Under the pieces are notes generated by a model. The model searched no databases. It saw only the letters and a list, made by a program, of their open reading frames with translations, and was not told where the DNA came from. From the NCBI GenBank assembly GCA_050250255.1, contig JBFWOZ010000006.1, forward strand, positions 1 to 64,000: a stretch of 64,000 bases of DNA, given 5' to 3'. The position numbers and the translations under genes were made by a program. The DNA comes from Bdellovibrionales bacterium (GTDB lineage: Bacteria > Bdellovibrionota > Bdellovibrionia > Bdellovibrionales > DASUEL01). Each line of letters opens with the position of its first letter. The stretch's first letter is position 1. Positions 1 through 9,679 of the stretch are shown one piece after another.

Positions 1-552
1 TTGATTCAGGTGCTTGTTGCATCCGGCTGATACACCGAGAATATTTTTACGTGAAGCCTGAGCCAAAAGGCGATATTCTTCATGGCTATAGCTCATGCCA
101 CCGCCAGAAACGTAAATCACATTTACATCGTTTGCAATCGCGTATTTTAAAGCCTCTAAAAAAGCATCTTTTTGTTGCTGGAAAGACATATTTTGATCGA
201 AATACTTAATCGGCATAAGTTCGAAAGAAACATTTGAAGAAATATGTTGTTTAATAAGTCCCGCAATATGAGTCCCGTGCCCATCCTGGTCTTCGACGTC
301 ACCAGAGCGGTTCACAAAATTCCAACCATGTAGGTCGTCCACGAAACCGTTACCATCATCATCGATACCATTTTTCACTTCTTTTGGATTTTTCCAGACG
401 ATCTCTTTTAAGTCGGCATGATGAATATCAATGCCCGTATCAATGACGGCAATTTTAATCTTTGGTCTTGAAGCGTAGGAAAAGGGCATTCCCATGAAAA
501 GGAAACCCATTGCTATCGCAAAATACCATTTAACCGGACTTCGTAGATTCAT
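1..552 (-). CDS. S8 (subtilisin-like) serine peptidase, 5' part (runs off window)
   Basis: Not in ORF track; manual translation from ATG 552 gives a signal peptide, IAVIDTGID, NGIDDDGNGFVDDLHGWNF and DGHGTHIAG motifs. Confidence 0.85.
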   Translation of the reverse strand, partial: MNLRSPVKWYFAIAMGFLFMGMPFSYASRPKIKIAVIDTGIDIHHADLKEIVWKNPKEVKNGIDDDGNGFVDDLHGWNFVNRSGDVEDQDGHGTHIAGLIKQHISSNVSFELMPIKYFDQNMSFQQQKDAFLEALKYAIANDVNVIYVSGGGMSYSHEEYRLLAQASRKNILGVSAGCNKHLNQ

Positions 553-735
553 AATAACCTTGTATCCCTTAATGGTAGCATGTTTCATCGAATCACCATG
601 TGGTGTTTTGTCACGCGTCGTTTGTTTTTTGTTCGAATTTGCCCCAGACTCTCTAAAGAGTTCTTGTTGATGTCGCTTTAAATTATCTGTTAGGCTTGCT
701 AAGAATTTTTGTTTATACATTAAGGAGAAACAGCT

Positions 736-1335
736 ATGAAAATTTCAGTTCGATTCTTTCTGTTTTTATTTGTCGCATTGATTACCACCTCGACTTTTGC
801 CGCAGACACTGCCGACAAAGCCAAGATGGAAGAAATGATGAAGTCTTTTAAGGAATATTCCACACCGGGCCCTCAGCATAAAACTTTAGCGGGGATGGTG
901 GGTCACTGGACTTACACTTCAAAAATGTGGATGTCCGCTGCGGCAGCACCTCAAGAATCAAAAGGGACAGCTAATTTTAAAATGATCATGGGTGGGCGCT
1001 ACCTTCAGCAAAACGTGAAGGGTAAGGCCATGATGAATATGCCTTTCGATGGAATGGCGCTAACTGGCTACAACAATCTTAAGAAAAATTTTGAAACTCT
1101 TTGGATTGACTCCATGGGAACTGGCATGACTCAAGGGACAAGCACCTTTGATGAAAAAACCAGCACCTTTTCAGAGAACGGTACTTATACTTGTCCTCAA
1201 GAAAGCGATAAGGTTCGTGAATACCGAGCCGAGTGGAAGCTCATTGATAAAAACAATATGATCTATTCCATGTTTGGTCCTGGCGATGACGGGAAAGAGT
1301 ACAAACACATGGAAATGACTTACAAAAGAAAATAA
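736..1335 (+). CDS. Secreted DUF1579-family protein
   Basis: Signal peptide; PGPQHKTL..MVGHW, MGGRYLQQ, GYNNLKK..WIDSMGTG motifs; SD AGGAG. Confidence 0.75.
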   Translation: MKISVRFFLFLFVALITTSTFAADTADKAKMEEMMKSFKEYSTPGPQHKTLAGMVGHWTYTSKMWMSAAAAPQESKGTANFKMIMGGRYLQQNVKGKAMMNMPFDGMALTGYNNLKKNFETLWIDSMGTGMTQGTSTFDEKTSTFSENGTYTCPQESDKVREYRAEWKLIDKNNMIYSMFGPGDDGKEYKHMEMTYKRK

Positions 1336-1345
1336 GGAGTTCATT

Positions 1346-1714
1346 ATGGCAAAAGCGAAGTATGTAGACGGTTTTGTAATTCCAATTAAGAAAAATAAAG
1401 TAGCGGCTTATCAAAAGATCGCTAAAGTGGCTTCTAAAATTTGGATGAAGCACGGAGCCCTAGACTACTATGAATCCGTTGGCGAACATCTTAATATTCC
1501 AGGTGGTGTTATCCCATTTACAAAAATGGCGAAAACTAAGCCTGGCGAGACGGTGATCTTTGCTTGGATTACTTACAAATCTCGTGCTCATCGAGATAGC
1601 GTGAATAAAAAAGTTATGAAAGATCCCGCAATGCAAAACTTCAACCCCAGTGACATGCCTGTCACAATGAATCGTATGGCGTACGGTGGATTTAAAATTA
1701 TTGTCAGCGTTTAA
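1346..1714 (+). CDS. DUF1428 (YbaA-like) protein
   Basis: YVDGFVIP...HGALDYYE...SRAHRD.VNKKVMKDP...RMAYGGFK. Confidence 0.85.
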   Translation: MAKAKYVDGFVIPIKKNKVAAYQKIAKVASKIWMKHGALDYYESVGEHLNIPGGVIPFTKMAKTKPGETVIFAWITYKSRAHRDSVNKKVMKDPAMQNFNPSDMPVTMNRMAYGGFKIIVSV

Positions 1715-1719
1715 TTTCT

Positions 1720-1747
1720 AACGCCAGGTTAAATCCTGGCGTTTTTT
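1720..1747 (+). terminator. Rho-independent terminator
   Basis: AACGCCAGG-ttaaat-CCTGGCGTT followed by T-run, between convergent genes. Confidence 0.8.
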
Positions 1748-1753
1748 AAAGCT

Positions 1754-2392
1754 TTAATTCCCAATTTCTTTTTTAAGATCTTCTAAATATTTTTTCATAA
1801 CTTCCACTCGGCGCTGCCCTTCGCGACGGGCCGCTGAAGTTTTGAGAGTTTCAGCCGTTTTAAAAAGCTTGGCGTAAAAGTGATCTACCGTAAATATTTG
1901 GTCGTTAGGCTCTCTCGAAAGGCAAAAGGAGTCTTGCGCAGAATAGAACGGTCTTTTGAGTAATCCTGCCGTAGCAAAACATCTGGCTACACCGATGGCG
2001 CCCAATCCATCTAACCGGTCGGCATCTTGTACAATTTTAGCTTCCAACGTTTTCGTTTCAATATTAGCACTGAAGCTATGGGCCTCAATCGCGTGAGCGA
2101 TGTCTTCAAAATATTCACTAGGATATTCTATTTCCTGAAGAAACCTTACTGCCGCTTCCGCAGACAACCGAGAGGCTTGTTTTCTTCTGGAATCATTTTT
2201 AGGGATAATCACAAAATCGTGGAGCCAAGCTGCTGGTAAAACAATTTCGATTTTCGCTTGTTCTTCTTCGCAAAGTGCTTTGGCAGTTGCAACGACTCTC
2301 TGAAAGTGAAGCTCGTCGTGTGCTGGATCTTCGCTTGAAGCAATGCTTTGTATTTTTTGAGAAAATAGGTTTTCATAATGGGAAATAAGCAT
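1754..2392 (-). CDS. HD-domain phosphohydrolase (YedJ-like)
   Basis: AHDELHFQRV, AAWLHD, AIEAHSFS, VQDADRLD motifs; ATG 2392 chosen over the upstream TTG. Confidence 0.85.
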   Translation of the reverse strand: MLISHYENLFSQKIQSIASSEDPAHDELHFQRVVATAKALCEEEQAKIEIVLPAAWLHDFVIIPKNDSRRKQASRLSAEAAVRFLQEIEYPSEYFEDIAHAIEAHSFSANIETKTLEAKIVQDADRLDGLGAIGVARCFATAGLLKRPFYSAQDSFCLSREPNDQIFTVDHFYAKLFKTAETLKTSAARREGQRRVEVMKKYLEDLKKEIGN

Positions 2393-2495
2393 GTACTTCT
2401 TTAGCGCCTCTCGCCAAAAAAAGCAGCACAAAAAAAGAACGGTGAGGCAAATTATCTCGTGCTGGGATTAAAAGCCTATATCTTCACGCCCGTTC

Positions 2496-2511
2496 TGGCA
2501 TTTGATTTGCT
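2496..2511 (+). promoter_or_regulatory. sigma54 (-24/-12) promoter of ku-ligD
   Basis: TGGCATTTGATTTGCT = GG-N10-GC. Confidence 0.7.
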
Positions 2512-2523
2512 GTTCCAAGTCTT

Positions 2524-3441
2524 ATGAAAAAAGCGAAAAGAAAAAATGCGCCACGAAAAAGAAAAGCCGCAAGTCGAAGCAAGAAAGATACACAGCGCCG
2601 AGGCCTTTGGAAAGGCTCCATCGCCTTTGGACTGGTCAATATCCCTATTATTTTAGAATCTGCACAGCAGGAACAGAAAATTCATTTCCGACTCATCGAT
2701 AAACGTAATCACGCTCCTATTGGCTATAAGCAAATTAATAAAGCCACTGGAAAACCCGTTACCCGAACTTCGATTGTAAAAGGTTTTGAGTACGAGAAGG
2801 GCCGGTACGTTTTGATAAATGATGCTGATTTTAAAAAGGCCAATGTGCGCGCAACACGAACGATAGATATAGAAGACTTTGTAGAATTAAAAGATATCGA
2901 CCCCATGCTTTTTGAAAAACCTTACTATGTGCTCCCTCAAAAAGGTGGAGAGAAAGGCTATGTTCTTTTACGAGAGGTTTTAAAACGTACGGGCCGGGCT
3001 GCCGTCGCAAAAGTTGTCCTGCATAAAGTACAGCATCTCGTAACGATTATGCCACGGGGAGATTATTTAATTCTTGAGATTCTCCGTTTTTCAAACGAGG
3101 TGATCGAAACTCATGAAATGGATAATTTAGATGCCTCAGTCCATGCTACAAAAGTTTCCCCGCGAGAAGTGACAATTGCAGAGCAACTCGTTGAGGGAAT
3201 GTCGAGCGAGTGGAGGCCTGATAAATATGAAAACACTTATCACGACGATTTGATGAAACTCATAAAAGCAAAAATCAAACGTGGCACAACCACCAAACTC
3301 GAAGAAGTAGAGTCTACGCCAGCCGAAGAGGAAACACCTAGCAATGTCTTCGACCTCACCTCACTTCTTAAGAAAAGTTTAAATACTTCAAAGAGGCATT
3401 CTCGCCGCCGCTCTTCAGAGGAAGACACTCGTGGAGCTTAA
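2524..3441 (+). CDS. ku: Non-homologous end-joining protein Ku
   Basis: WKGSIAFGLVNIP, IVKGFEYEKG.YV, IDIEDFV...FEKPYY; basic tails. Confidence 0.95.
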   Translation: MKKAKRKNAPRKRKAASRSKKDTQRRGLWKGSIAFGLVNIPIILESAQQEQKIHFRLIDKRNHAPIGYKQINKATGKPVTRTSIVKGFEYEKGRYVLINDADFKKANVRATRTIDIEDFVELKDIDPMLFEKPYYVLPQKGGEKGYVLLREVLKRTGRAAVAKVVLHKVQHLVTIMPRGDYLILEILRFSNEVIETHEMDNLDASVHATKVSPREVTIAEQLVEGMSSEWRPDKYENTYHDDLMKLIKAKIKRGTTTKLEEVESTPAEEETPSNVFDLTSLLKKSLNTSKRHSRRRSSEEDTRGA

Positions 3442-5872
3442 AAAGTATTTTTCCAAAAGAAATTTTAAAAAAACCCCGGAACCTAGGGGTAAACTTAAGC
3501 GTACGCGAAACAAAGAACTCATTTTTGTTATCCAAAAGCATCACGCTCGAAGGCTGCATTATGATTTTCGGCTCGAGTTTGCAGGAACGCTCAAGAGCTG
3601 GGCCGTGCCAAAGGGACCCTCATTAAATCCCAAGGACAAACGACTCGCCGTGGAAGTAGAAGATCATCCTATTGATTACGCAACCTTTGAAGGCGATATT
3701 CCAGAGGGAGAATACGGGGCGGGTCATGTTATCGTTTGGGATTTTGGAACTTGGACTCCCACTTCAAACGTCACTGCGGGGTTTAAAAAGGGGCATATTG
3801 ATTTTGTGCTGCATGGAAAAAAACTCCATGGCGCCTGGTCCCTTGTTCGGCTGCGCAGTGATACTTCTGGAAAAAACAATTGGCTGCTCCTGAAGCGGCA
3901 AGATGAATTTGTCAAAACTCAATATGATATTACTAAAAAAGAACCACACAGTGTTTTATCTAAAATAGCCAGGTCAGAAAAAACGAGTCAAAAGAACGCG
4001 TCTGCTAAAAAAAAACGCTCCTCTCCTCCACGCTTCATAGAACCTCAGCTCGCCCAACTCGTCACAGCCGTACCACCAGGGGAAGATTGGATCCACGAAA
4101 TTAAGTTTGATGGTTACCGCACGCTCATCCGCTTAGATAAAGGAAAAGCCCAATTTCTCACCCGTCGTGGCAAGAATTGGACTAAGAAGTATGGTCCTCT
4201 ACAAAGCGAGGCCCTAAAGCTAAAACTTCAAAATGCGGTTATTGACGGAGAACTTGTTTGGATCGATGAAATGGGACATACGGATTTTCAAAAACTACAA
4301 AACGGCATTGCGGAACAAAAATTTCAGGGGATGATATTTTATGCTTTTGATCTCTTATTTCTAGATGGTGAGGATCTTCTCGATCAACCGCTTTTAGAGA
4401 GAAAAAAATTATTAAAAGAACTTCTCGATCGATCGCCTAAATCAAAAATTATATATAGCGAACATTGGAAAAATCAGGGTAGTGCTATGTACAAAGAAAG
4501 CTGTAGGCTTGGCCTTGAAGGCATCGTTTCTAAAAATGCAGAGGCCGCCTATTCTTCAGGTCGAAGCGGGCTTTGGCAAAAAACGAAGTGTTCTCTCAGA
4601 CAGGAGTTTGTGATCGTTGGCTACACAGAAAGCTCTGCCGATGATCGACCCTTTGGAGCCCTCCTGCTTGGTAGCTATCATTCAGAAAAAAATCTCAAGT
4701 ATGTCGGCCGAGTCGGCACGGGCTTTTCTGCCGGCACTTTTAAGCACCTGACTCCCCTTTTACAAAAATTAAGATCCGAGGATTCTCCTATTTCGGAAGG
4801 TGCTCCCCGCAGTCAAACAATTCAGTGGACAGAACCAAAACTCGCTGCCGAAATTGAATTTAAAGGCTGGACGCAAGAGGGCGTGCTTCGACAAGCTTCT
4901 TTCCAAGGCCTAAGAGAAGACAAAAAACCCACGGATATTCATGTGGAGAAACCGATGAAGAAAAATTTAGTGACGAAAGTTAAAATTAGTCACCCTGATC
5001 GTATCGTCTACAAAAAAACGAAAACAACCAAGCTTGTGGTTGTTCAGTATTACGAAGCCATTGCCCCATATCTTATTCCATTCGTAGAAGATCGCCCCCT
5101 CTCCATTTTGCGTTGCCAACAGGACACACAGAAAGCTTGCTATTTTCAAAAGCATTCCGAGGCCAGCACTCTCGTAGGAATTGAATCAAAACCTGTTCAT
5201 TATAAAGAGAAGAGCGACACCGCACTCACCGTTCAATCTCCTACCGACTTACTAGAGCTCGCTCAAGCTGGCGCTATTGAGATTCATGTCTGGAGCGGAC
5301 AGTTTTCACATATTACAAAGCCCGATCAAATCGTTTTTGATCTTGATCCCGAGACAGAAAAACTTTGGCCCCGTGTGGTTGAAACCGCTCATCTCATTCG
5401 AGAAATGCTAGAGCAATTAGAACTTAAATCTTTCGTAAAGGTGACAGGTGGAAAGGGCTTACATGTACAAGTCCCCATCACGCCTCGATACTCATGGGAC
5501 ACGATAAAGGAATTTTCAAAAAGCTTAATGCGAGTGTTAGAAGACAAAAATCCCGAGCATTACACGACAAACATGTCGAAATCTAAGCGCAAAGGTCGCA
5601 TTTTTCTGGATTATTTGAGAAATGGCTATGGTGCGACGGCTGTCGTGCCGTATTCTTTGCGGGCACGCGTACTTCCTACCGTGGCTCTCCCGATCTCGTG
5701 GCGAGAGGTGAAACCTTCGCTCTCGCCCGATGAGTTTTTATTGTCAGAGGTTTTAAAGAAATTAAAAAGACGAAAAGACCCTTGGACCGATTATTGGGAT
5801 CTTGATCAAAGAATCAAGATCCTTGAAAAAAAATCTACGAGCTCCTTACTTGGGCGCATTCACCTTACATGA
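3431..5872 (+). CDS. ligD: DNA ligase D (phosphoesterase-ligase-polymerase)
   Basis: FVIQKHHARRLHYDFRLE (PE), EIKFDGYR (ligase), FDLDP / VTGGKGLHV / IFLDYLRN (POL). Confidence 0.95.
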   Translation: MELKKYFSKRNFKKTPEPRGKLKRTRNKELIFVIQKHHARRLHYDFRLEFAGTLKSWAVPKGPSLNPKDKRLAVEVEDHPIDYATFEGDIPEGEYGAGHVIVWDFGTWTPTSNVTAGFKKGHIDFVLHGKKLHGAWSLVRLRSDTSGKNNWLLLKRQDEFVKTQYDITKKEPHSVLSKIARSEKTSQKNASAKKKRSSPPRFIEPQLAQLVTAVPPGEDWIHEIKFDGYRTLIRLDKGKAQFLTRRGKNWTKKYGPLQSEALKLKLQNAVIDGELVWIDEMGHTDFQKLQNGIAEQKFQGMIFYAFDLLFLDGEDLLDQPLLERKKLLKELLDRSPKSKIIYSEHWKNQGSAMYKESCRLGLEGIVSKNAEAAYSSGRSGLWQKTKCSLRQEFVIVGYTESSADDRPFGALLLGSYHSEKNLKYVGRVGTGFSAGTFKHLTPLLQKLRSEDSPISEGAPRSQTIQWTEPKLAAEIEFKGWTQEGVLRQASFQGLREDKKPTDIHVEKPMKKNLVTKVKISHPDRIVYKKTKTTKLVVVQYYEAIAPYLIPFVEDRPLSILRCQQDTQKACYFQKHSEASTLVGIESKPVHYKEKSDTALTVQSPTDLLELAQAGAIEIHVWSGQFSHITKPDQIVFDLDPETEKLWPRVVETAHLIREMLEQLELKSFVKVTGGKGLHVQVPITPRYSWDTIKEFSKSLMRVLEDKNPEHYTTNMSKSKRKGRIFLDYLRNGYGATAVVPYSLRARVLPTVALPISWREVKPSLSPDEFLLSEVLKKLKRRKDPWTDYWDLDQRIKILEKKSTSSLLGRIHLT

Positions 5873-7576
5873 CAGGGCGTCTAGCGCGACGAAGAGCTGG
5901 TAATCCGCCGGAGCGGGACCAGGAACATGCGCTGCAAACTTTTTTGCGGCCACGCCATTCGTTTTCACACAATTCTGATAATACACCCCTGTGGCAGCAT
6001 CTGGAGCAACGGCTGATGCCTGTTGACCGGATAAGGCATTTGGAAACAAATCGGCCTCACGTAAAATAAATTTATCCTCTTCTGTCGGAATCGGCGATTT
6101 GTAAGCCTCTATGTCTGGTGCGATTCCCACAATTTGGTTTGTGTGGATTTTAGCATTTGGACCAAACCCTGGAAGATAGAATCTCGCTATAGTTTGTGCT
6201 TTTAAAATTGATGGATTTGAAGGCAGTCGCACAAGGCCTTGAACCGTTCCTTTACCAAAAGTTCTTACGCCTACAAGAAGCGCTCTCCCATAATCCTGAA
6301 GATCACCCGCCAAAATTTCTGAAGCACTGGCAGAGTTCGAATCTACGAGTAGCACCAGAGGCTGGCGAATAGCGACAATTGGATTCTCGGTACGGAGATC
6401 TTCGCGAGGTTGGCCATTGAGATAAATCTGGCTGACGACCAGCTTCCCTGGCTCAAGAAACAAGCTCGCAATACATTGAGCCGCCGACAATTCACCGCCG
6501 CCATTGCCACGCAAATCAAGAATTAAACCGCTGGTATCCTTAAGTTTAAGATATTCCACGGCCATCAAGTCGCACGACGTACCACGGAAGTCTGTGAGCT
6601 TCATATAACCGTATGTCTGATTCGGTTTTGTTAAACGGTCTGAGTTACGTAAAATCTTTGAAGAAACATTTGGAACCTGGACGGCTTGTCTCACAACATT
6701 CGTGTTTAAATATTTGCCACTGCGAAGTACGGTTAAAGCGGCTGTTGTTTTTGCAGTTCCCCTCAGTAACTTTATCGCATCTGCAAAACTGATTTGCTCA
6801 TCTTTGCCTACTTGAGTGATATCTTTTCCATCGACCTTTACGATCACATCATTGATCCAGAGGCCTGCGGCGAGAGCTCCGCTTCCGTCAAAAACTTTCT
6901 CAATTTTAAGACCGTCAGAAACGGTGACACTGGCTCCGATCCCAACGAATGAATCTCCACGGCTTTTCGACTGCCACGAATAGTAGCTGTAAGGAAGAAG
7001 GTAACCATGGGCATCGACCGATGTCCCTGTATACATACCATAAGCGCTACCGATAGCTTGCGAGCCTGTCTCTGGCGTCAGTACACTGCTACCAATCCAG
7101 CTTAACATCTCGGCAATTGGTAATATTTGAGTTGGTTGAGAGAAAAGAGCGAGCCAGAGTTTTTCTTCTTGCTGATCAATCGCCTTGTATTTTTTATAAT
7201 ACTGCATGTAGCTCAGTTTTTCGGACGCTCGTTTTCCTTGAATGGACATCACCTTGAAAGTTCCAAAGTTTTTTTCTTCAGCGAGAGTGAGTCCTGTCAG
7301 CGTATTCGTCTTTAAAAACTGAATGATCTGATCATTGCCCACGATTCGCGGAACCGCTCCACTCCGAAGAAGAGTTTGCAAAGCTTTAATACAGCCAAGA
7401 TATTGAATTTTTGTTTTATAACAATTGTTGGGATTGAGGATGGGCTCAAGAAAATTGATTTTCAACCCGAGACCCTGCCAAGCCGCTTTCTCAACTTCTC
7501 GAGCCTCTTGTCCACGCACAAGGGCGGGCTGAAACAATGAAAACACGACCACAAAACTCAACACAACTTTTAACAT
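5846..7576 (-). CDS. S41 carboxy-terminal processing protease with PDZ domain
   Basis: Signal peptide, FVGIGA PDZ, LILDLRGNGGG, SASASEILAG, TFGKGTVQ. Confidence 0.9.
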   Translation of the reverse strand: MLKVVLSFVVVFSLFQPALVRGQEAREVEKAAWQGLGLKINFLEPILNPNNCYKTKIQYLGCIKALQTLLRSGAVPRIVGNDQIIQFLKTNTLTGLTLAEEKNFGTFKVMSIQGKRASEKLSYMQYYKKYKAIDQQEEKLWLALFSQPTQILPIAEMLSWIGSSVLTPETGSQAIGSAYGMYTGTSVDAHGYLLPYSYYSWQSKSRGDSFVGIGASVTVSDGLKIEKVFDGSGALAAGLWINDVIVKVDGKDITQVGKDEQISFADAIKLLRGTAKTTAALTVLRSGKYLNTNVVRQAVQVPNVSSKILRNSDRLTKPNQTYGYMKLTDFRGTSCDLMAVEYLKLKDTSGLILDLRGNGGGELSAAQCIASLFLEPGKLVVSQIYLNGQPREDLRTENPIVAIRQPLVLLVDSNSASASEILAGDLQDYGRALLVGVRTFGKGTVQGLVRLPSNPSILKAQTIARFYLPGFGPNAKIHTNQIVGIAPDIEAYKSPIPTEEDKFILREADLFPNALSGQQASAVAPDAATGVYYQNCVKTNGVAAKKFAAHVPGPAPADYQLFVALDALSCKVNAPK

Positions 7577-7691
7577 GCATCCTCCACGAACAGTGAGTTC
7601 TCTGGATAACGGCTTGCTGAGAGAAGATCCATACTCAAAATTTATTTTAAATTTTTTATCTGATCACTATTAGCAAAATTAATTTGGTAAA

Positions 7692-8372
7692 TTAGGAGTT
7701 CTTTTCGCGAGTGTTTTTATCGCTCAACTGTTCGACGGTTTTATCAAAAAACCTTCTAAAGGGGGAGGATGCAGGGATTGACCTTGAAAGAACAAGTTCC
7801 GCTTCTTTCTGGGTCATTTTCTGAGCCGGCTTCCACAAGTCTTCATAAATGTTCGCGGTCGCCGCTACCGCGAGTGACGGAAACGCCCCATCATTCACCT
7901 CACCAAAGGCGACAATCTGCATTCTTAAAAACAAATCTTTCATTGCTCGACTGTAGCGGGACTCATTGTCACGGCCCTGCAACTCTGTGAGTTTTTTTAC
8001 ATCTCTTGTAGAGAGCGGTGAATCTGCCTCAAGAGTCGAAAGAATTTCGTGAGCCTCTCGAGAAAGCAGGTCATTATACTTGGGTGTCTTTTGCAAAAGG
8101 GCCAACATGGCCGTAAATAGTTCGCGTGAAAAAAAAGTGGCCCGTCCCTGATACCACTTAGAGTAAACAACTTCACGACAGTCAGAGAGCTTCTTCATCA
8201 AATGCCAAAGAGACGCCACACGATCGTCTCCGTCGTCATCCCACTCCCACTTCATTTTTGTTTTTGGATAGAACTCAGACCAAAGTGACTTTGGTTCTTT
8301 CTGATTATTTTTTGGAAAGACCAAAAGAATTCCATTTTTATTGATCGCTTTTATAGCCGCCTTAAACTTCAT
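7692..8372 (-). CDS. Hypothetical protein, possibly AlkZ-related winged-helix protein
   Basis: 226 aa; SLWSE..WEWD, VYSKW.QGRATFFS, C-terminal wHTH-like segment. Confidence 0.45.
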   Translation of the reverse strand: MKFKAAIKAINKNGILLVFPKNNQKEPKSLWSEFYPKTKMKWEWDDDGDDRVASLWHLMKKLSDCREVVYSKWYQGRATFFSRELFTAMLALLQKTPKYNDLLSREAHEILSTLEADSPLSTRDVKKLTELQGRDNESRYSRAMKDLFLRMQIVAFGEVNDGAFPSLAVAATANIYEDLWKPAQKMTQKEAELVLSRSIPASSPFRRFFDKTVEQLSDKNTREKNS

Positions 8373-8596
8373 GTTTTTTCATAGGACAACAGGATTGAGT
8401 TTTTGTCATCCCGTCTTTCTCCAACCAATCGCTTTTTAAAGTCAGGATATTCATGCAAAAGAGTGTCTTTCACCACCACATATCCGTCGGCCTTGGTGTC
8501 GGATGTGAGTTCTTTTAGTACGCCTTGTTTGAATGCCATAGATTGGGGGCTTTTTTCCTCTCGGGGGGTATTTTTCTTCTGCCTGACCGTATGCAC
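8369..8596 (-). CDS. Small hypothetical protein
   Basis: 75-aa ORF coupled (ATGA overlap) to the downstream gene. Confidence 0.4.
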   Translation of the reverse strand: MHTVRQKKNTPREEKSPQSMAFKQGVLKELTSDTKADGYVVVKDTLLHEYPDFKKRLVGERRDDKNSILLSYEKT

Positions 8597-8617
8597 TGGT
8601 CTTCAGGAAGATAGGGA

Positions 8618-8656
8618 TTCAAGAAGAGTGCCGTTTTATTCGGCAAATAAATTGCA
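8618..8656. promoter_or_regulatory. Back-to-back sigma54-type promoters
   Basis: Plus: CGGCAAATAAATTGCA (8641-8656); minus: CGGCACTCTTCTTGAA (8633-8618, variant -12). Confidence 0.55.
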
Positions 8657-8679
8657 ATTTATTTTGCCCAAGAGGTTTT

Positions 8680-8895
8680 ATGTCGACAGTACAACAAAAA
8701 GACCAAATGAAAAGACGAGGCTCTTTCTCCAAGGATGATCTCAAAAAGCATATTCAACCCATGAGGCCGCGAGATAATATTTCTGGAGACTTTGCCGGCG
8801 ACAGGAATAAAGGACCTGCCTCCAACCAAAAAACAATAGACCGAAGCACAAAAACCAAAAGCCGCATGAGACGAGATCGCGACCCAGTGATTTAA
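8680..8895 (+). CDS. Small hydrophilic basic protein
   Basis: SD AGAGGT, upstream sigma54 motif, 71 aa low complexity. Confidence 0.6.
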   Translation: MSTVQQKDQMKRRGSFSKDDLKKHIQPMRPRDNISGDFAGDRNKGPASNQKTIDRSTKTKSRMRRDRDPVI

Positions 8896-9104
8896 TCCTC
8901 TCCATAAGACGTGATAGGAGTTGTAGGAACCTCACCAAGAAGCAGTTTAGGCTGCGTCTTGGAACGAAGACCTTGTTTTTCTAGGCCTAAAAAACGACAG
9001 GCCCAGAGAGAAATTTGAGTATGTATTTTCCGCCAGATTCTACGTACACGAATTTCTAGCGGATCGTCCTTCCAATAATAATCGCTTCTTAAGCTGATTT
9101 CCAT
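8892..9104 (-). CDS. Small hypothetical protein
   Basis: 70 aa, TAATG-coupled to the upstream membrane-protein gene. Confidence 0.45.
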   Translation of the reverse strand: MEISLRSDYYWKDDPLEIRVRRIWRKIHTQISLWACRFLGLEKQGLRSKTQPKLLLGEVPTTPITSYGED

Positions 9105-9508
9105 TATGAAACTCTCCGCGAAAAGTTAGTCCGCTCACCTAACGCCACCACCGTGGATTCACGCATCTGCCGTGGAAGATATTTTGAGAGAATACCTATT
9201 CCCGCAATAACTGGCGTAAGAAGTAAGAAGAGGATGGCCTCATTTGCTCCACCCGTCGCAACCACAAGTCCGTGAAGCAAAGTTGCCATTGTGGCAAAAA
9301 TGACTCCTAGGTAAGCCCAGAACTTTTGGGACCATAGAGAGACAGCGCCCCAAACCCAAACTGGAACCAATACATACGCCACATTATTTGAGCGAAGTGT
9401 AAAACCCGGCCAAGTTTGCTGGGCAATCAGGTCGTGATAAATTTCGAAAGCACTCAACACGAGTAAAATCGCTGTTCCTACAAGTCCTATTAACATTCGC
9501 ATTTTCAA
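9104..9508 (-). CDS. Four-TM membrane protein
   Basis: Four hydrophobic segments; SD-like GAGGAAAGG before TTG 9508. Confidence 0.65.
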   Translation of the reverse strand: MKMRMLIGLVGTAILLVLSAFEIYHDLIAQQTWPGFTLRSNNVAYVLVPVWVWGAVSLWSQKFWAYLGVIFATMATLLHGLVVATGGANEAILFLLLTPVIAGIGILSKYLPRQMRESTVVALGERTNFSRRVS

Positions 9509-9595
9509 CCCTTTCCTCTGTTTATGGGGCAATTCTCCGCTCTCTGAGCCTCAAAATGCAAGAGATCCACTCTCATCAGTAATAAAGTCTTATCT

Positions 9596-9611
9596 AGCAA
9601 AGGATGTTCCA
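9596..9611 (-). promoter_or_regulatory. sigma54 promoter
   Basis: TGGAACATCCTTTGCT. Confidence 0.6.
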
Positions 9612-9679
9612 GCGCATTTGAATTGTTTTTGAGGGAGGAAATGAGTAGTCTTTCTCTTCACTAAAAAATAGAGGTCGCC

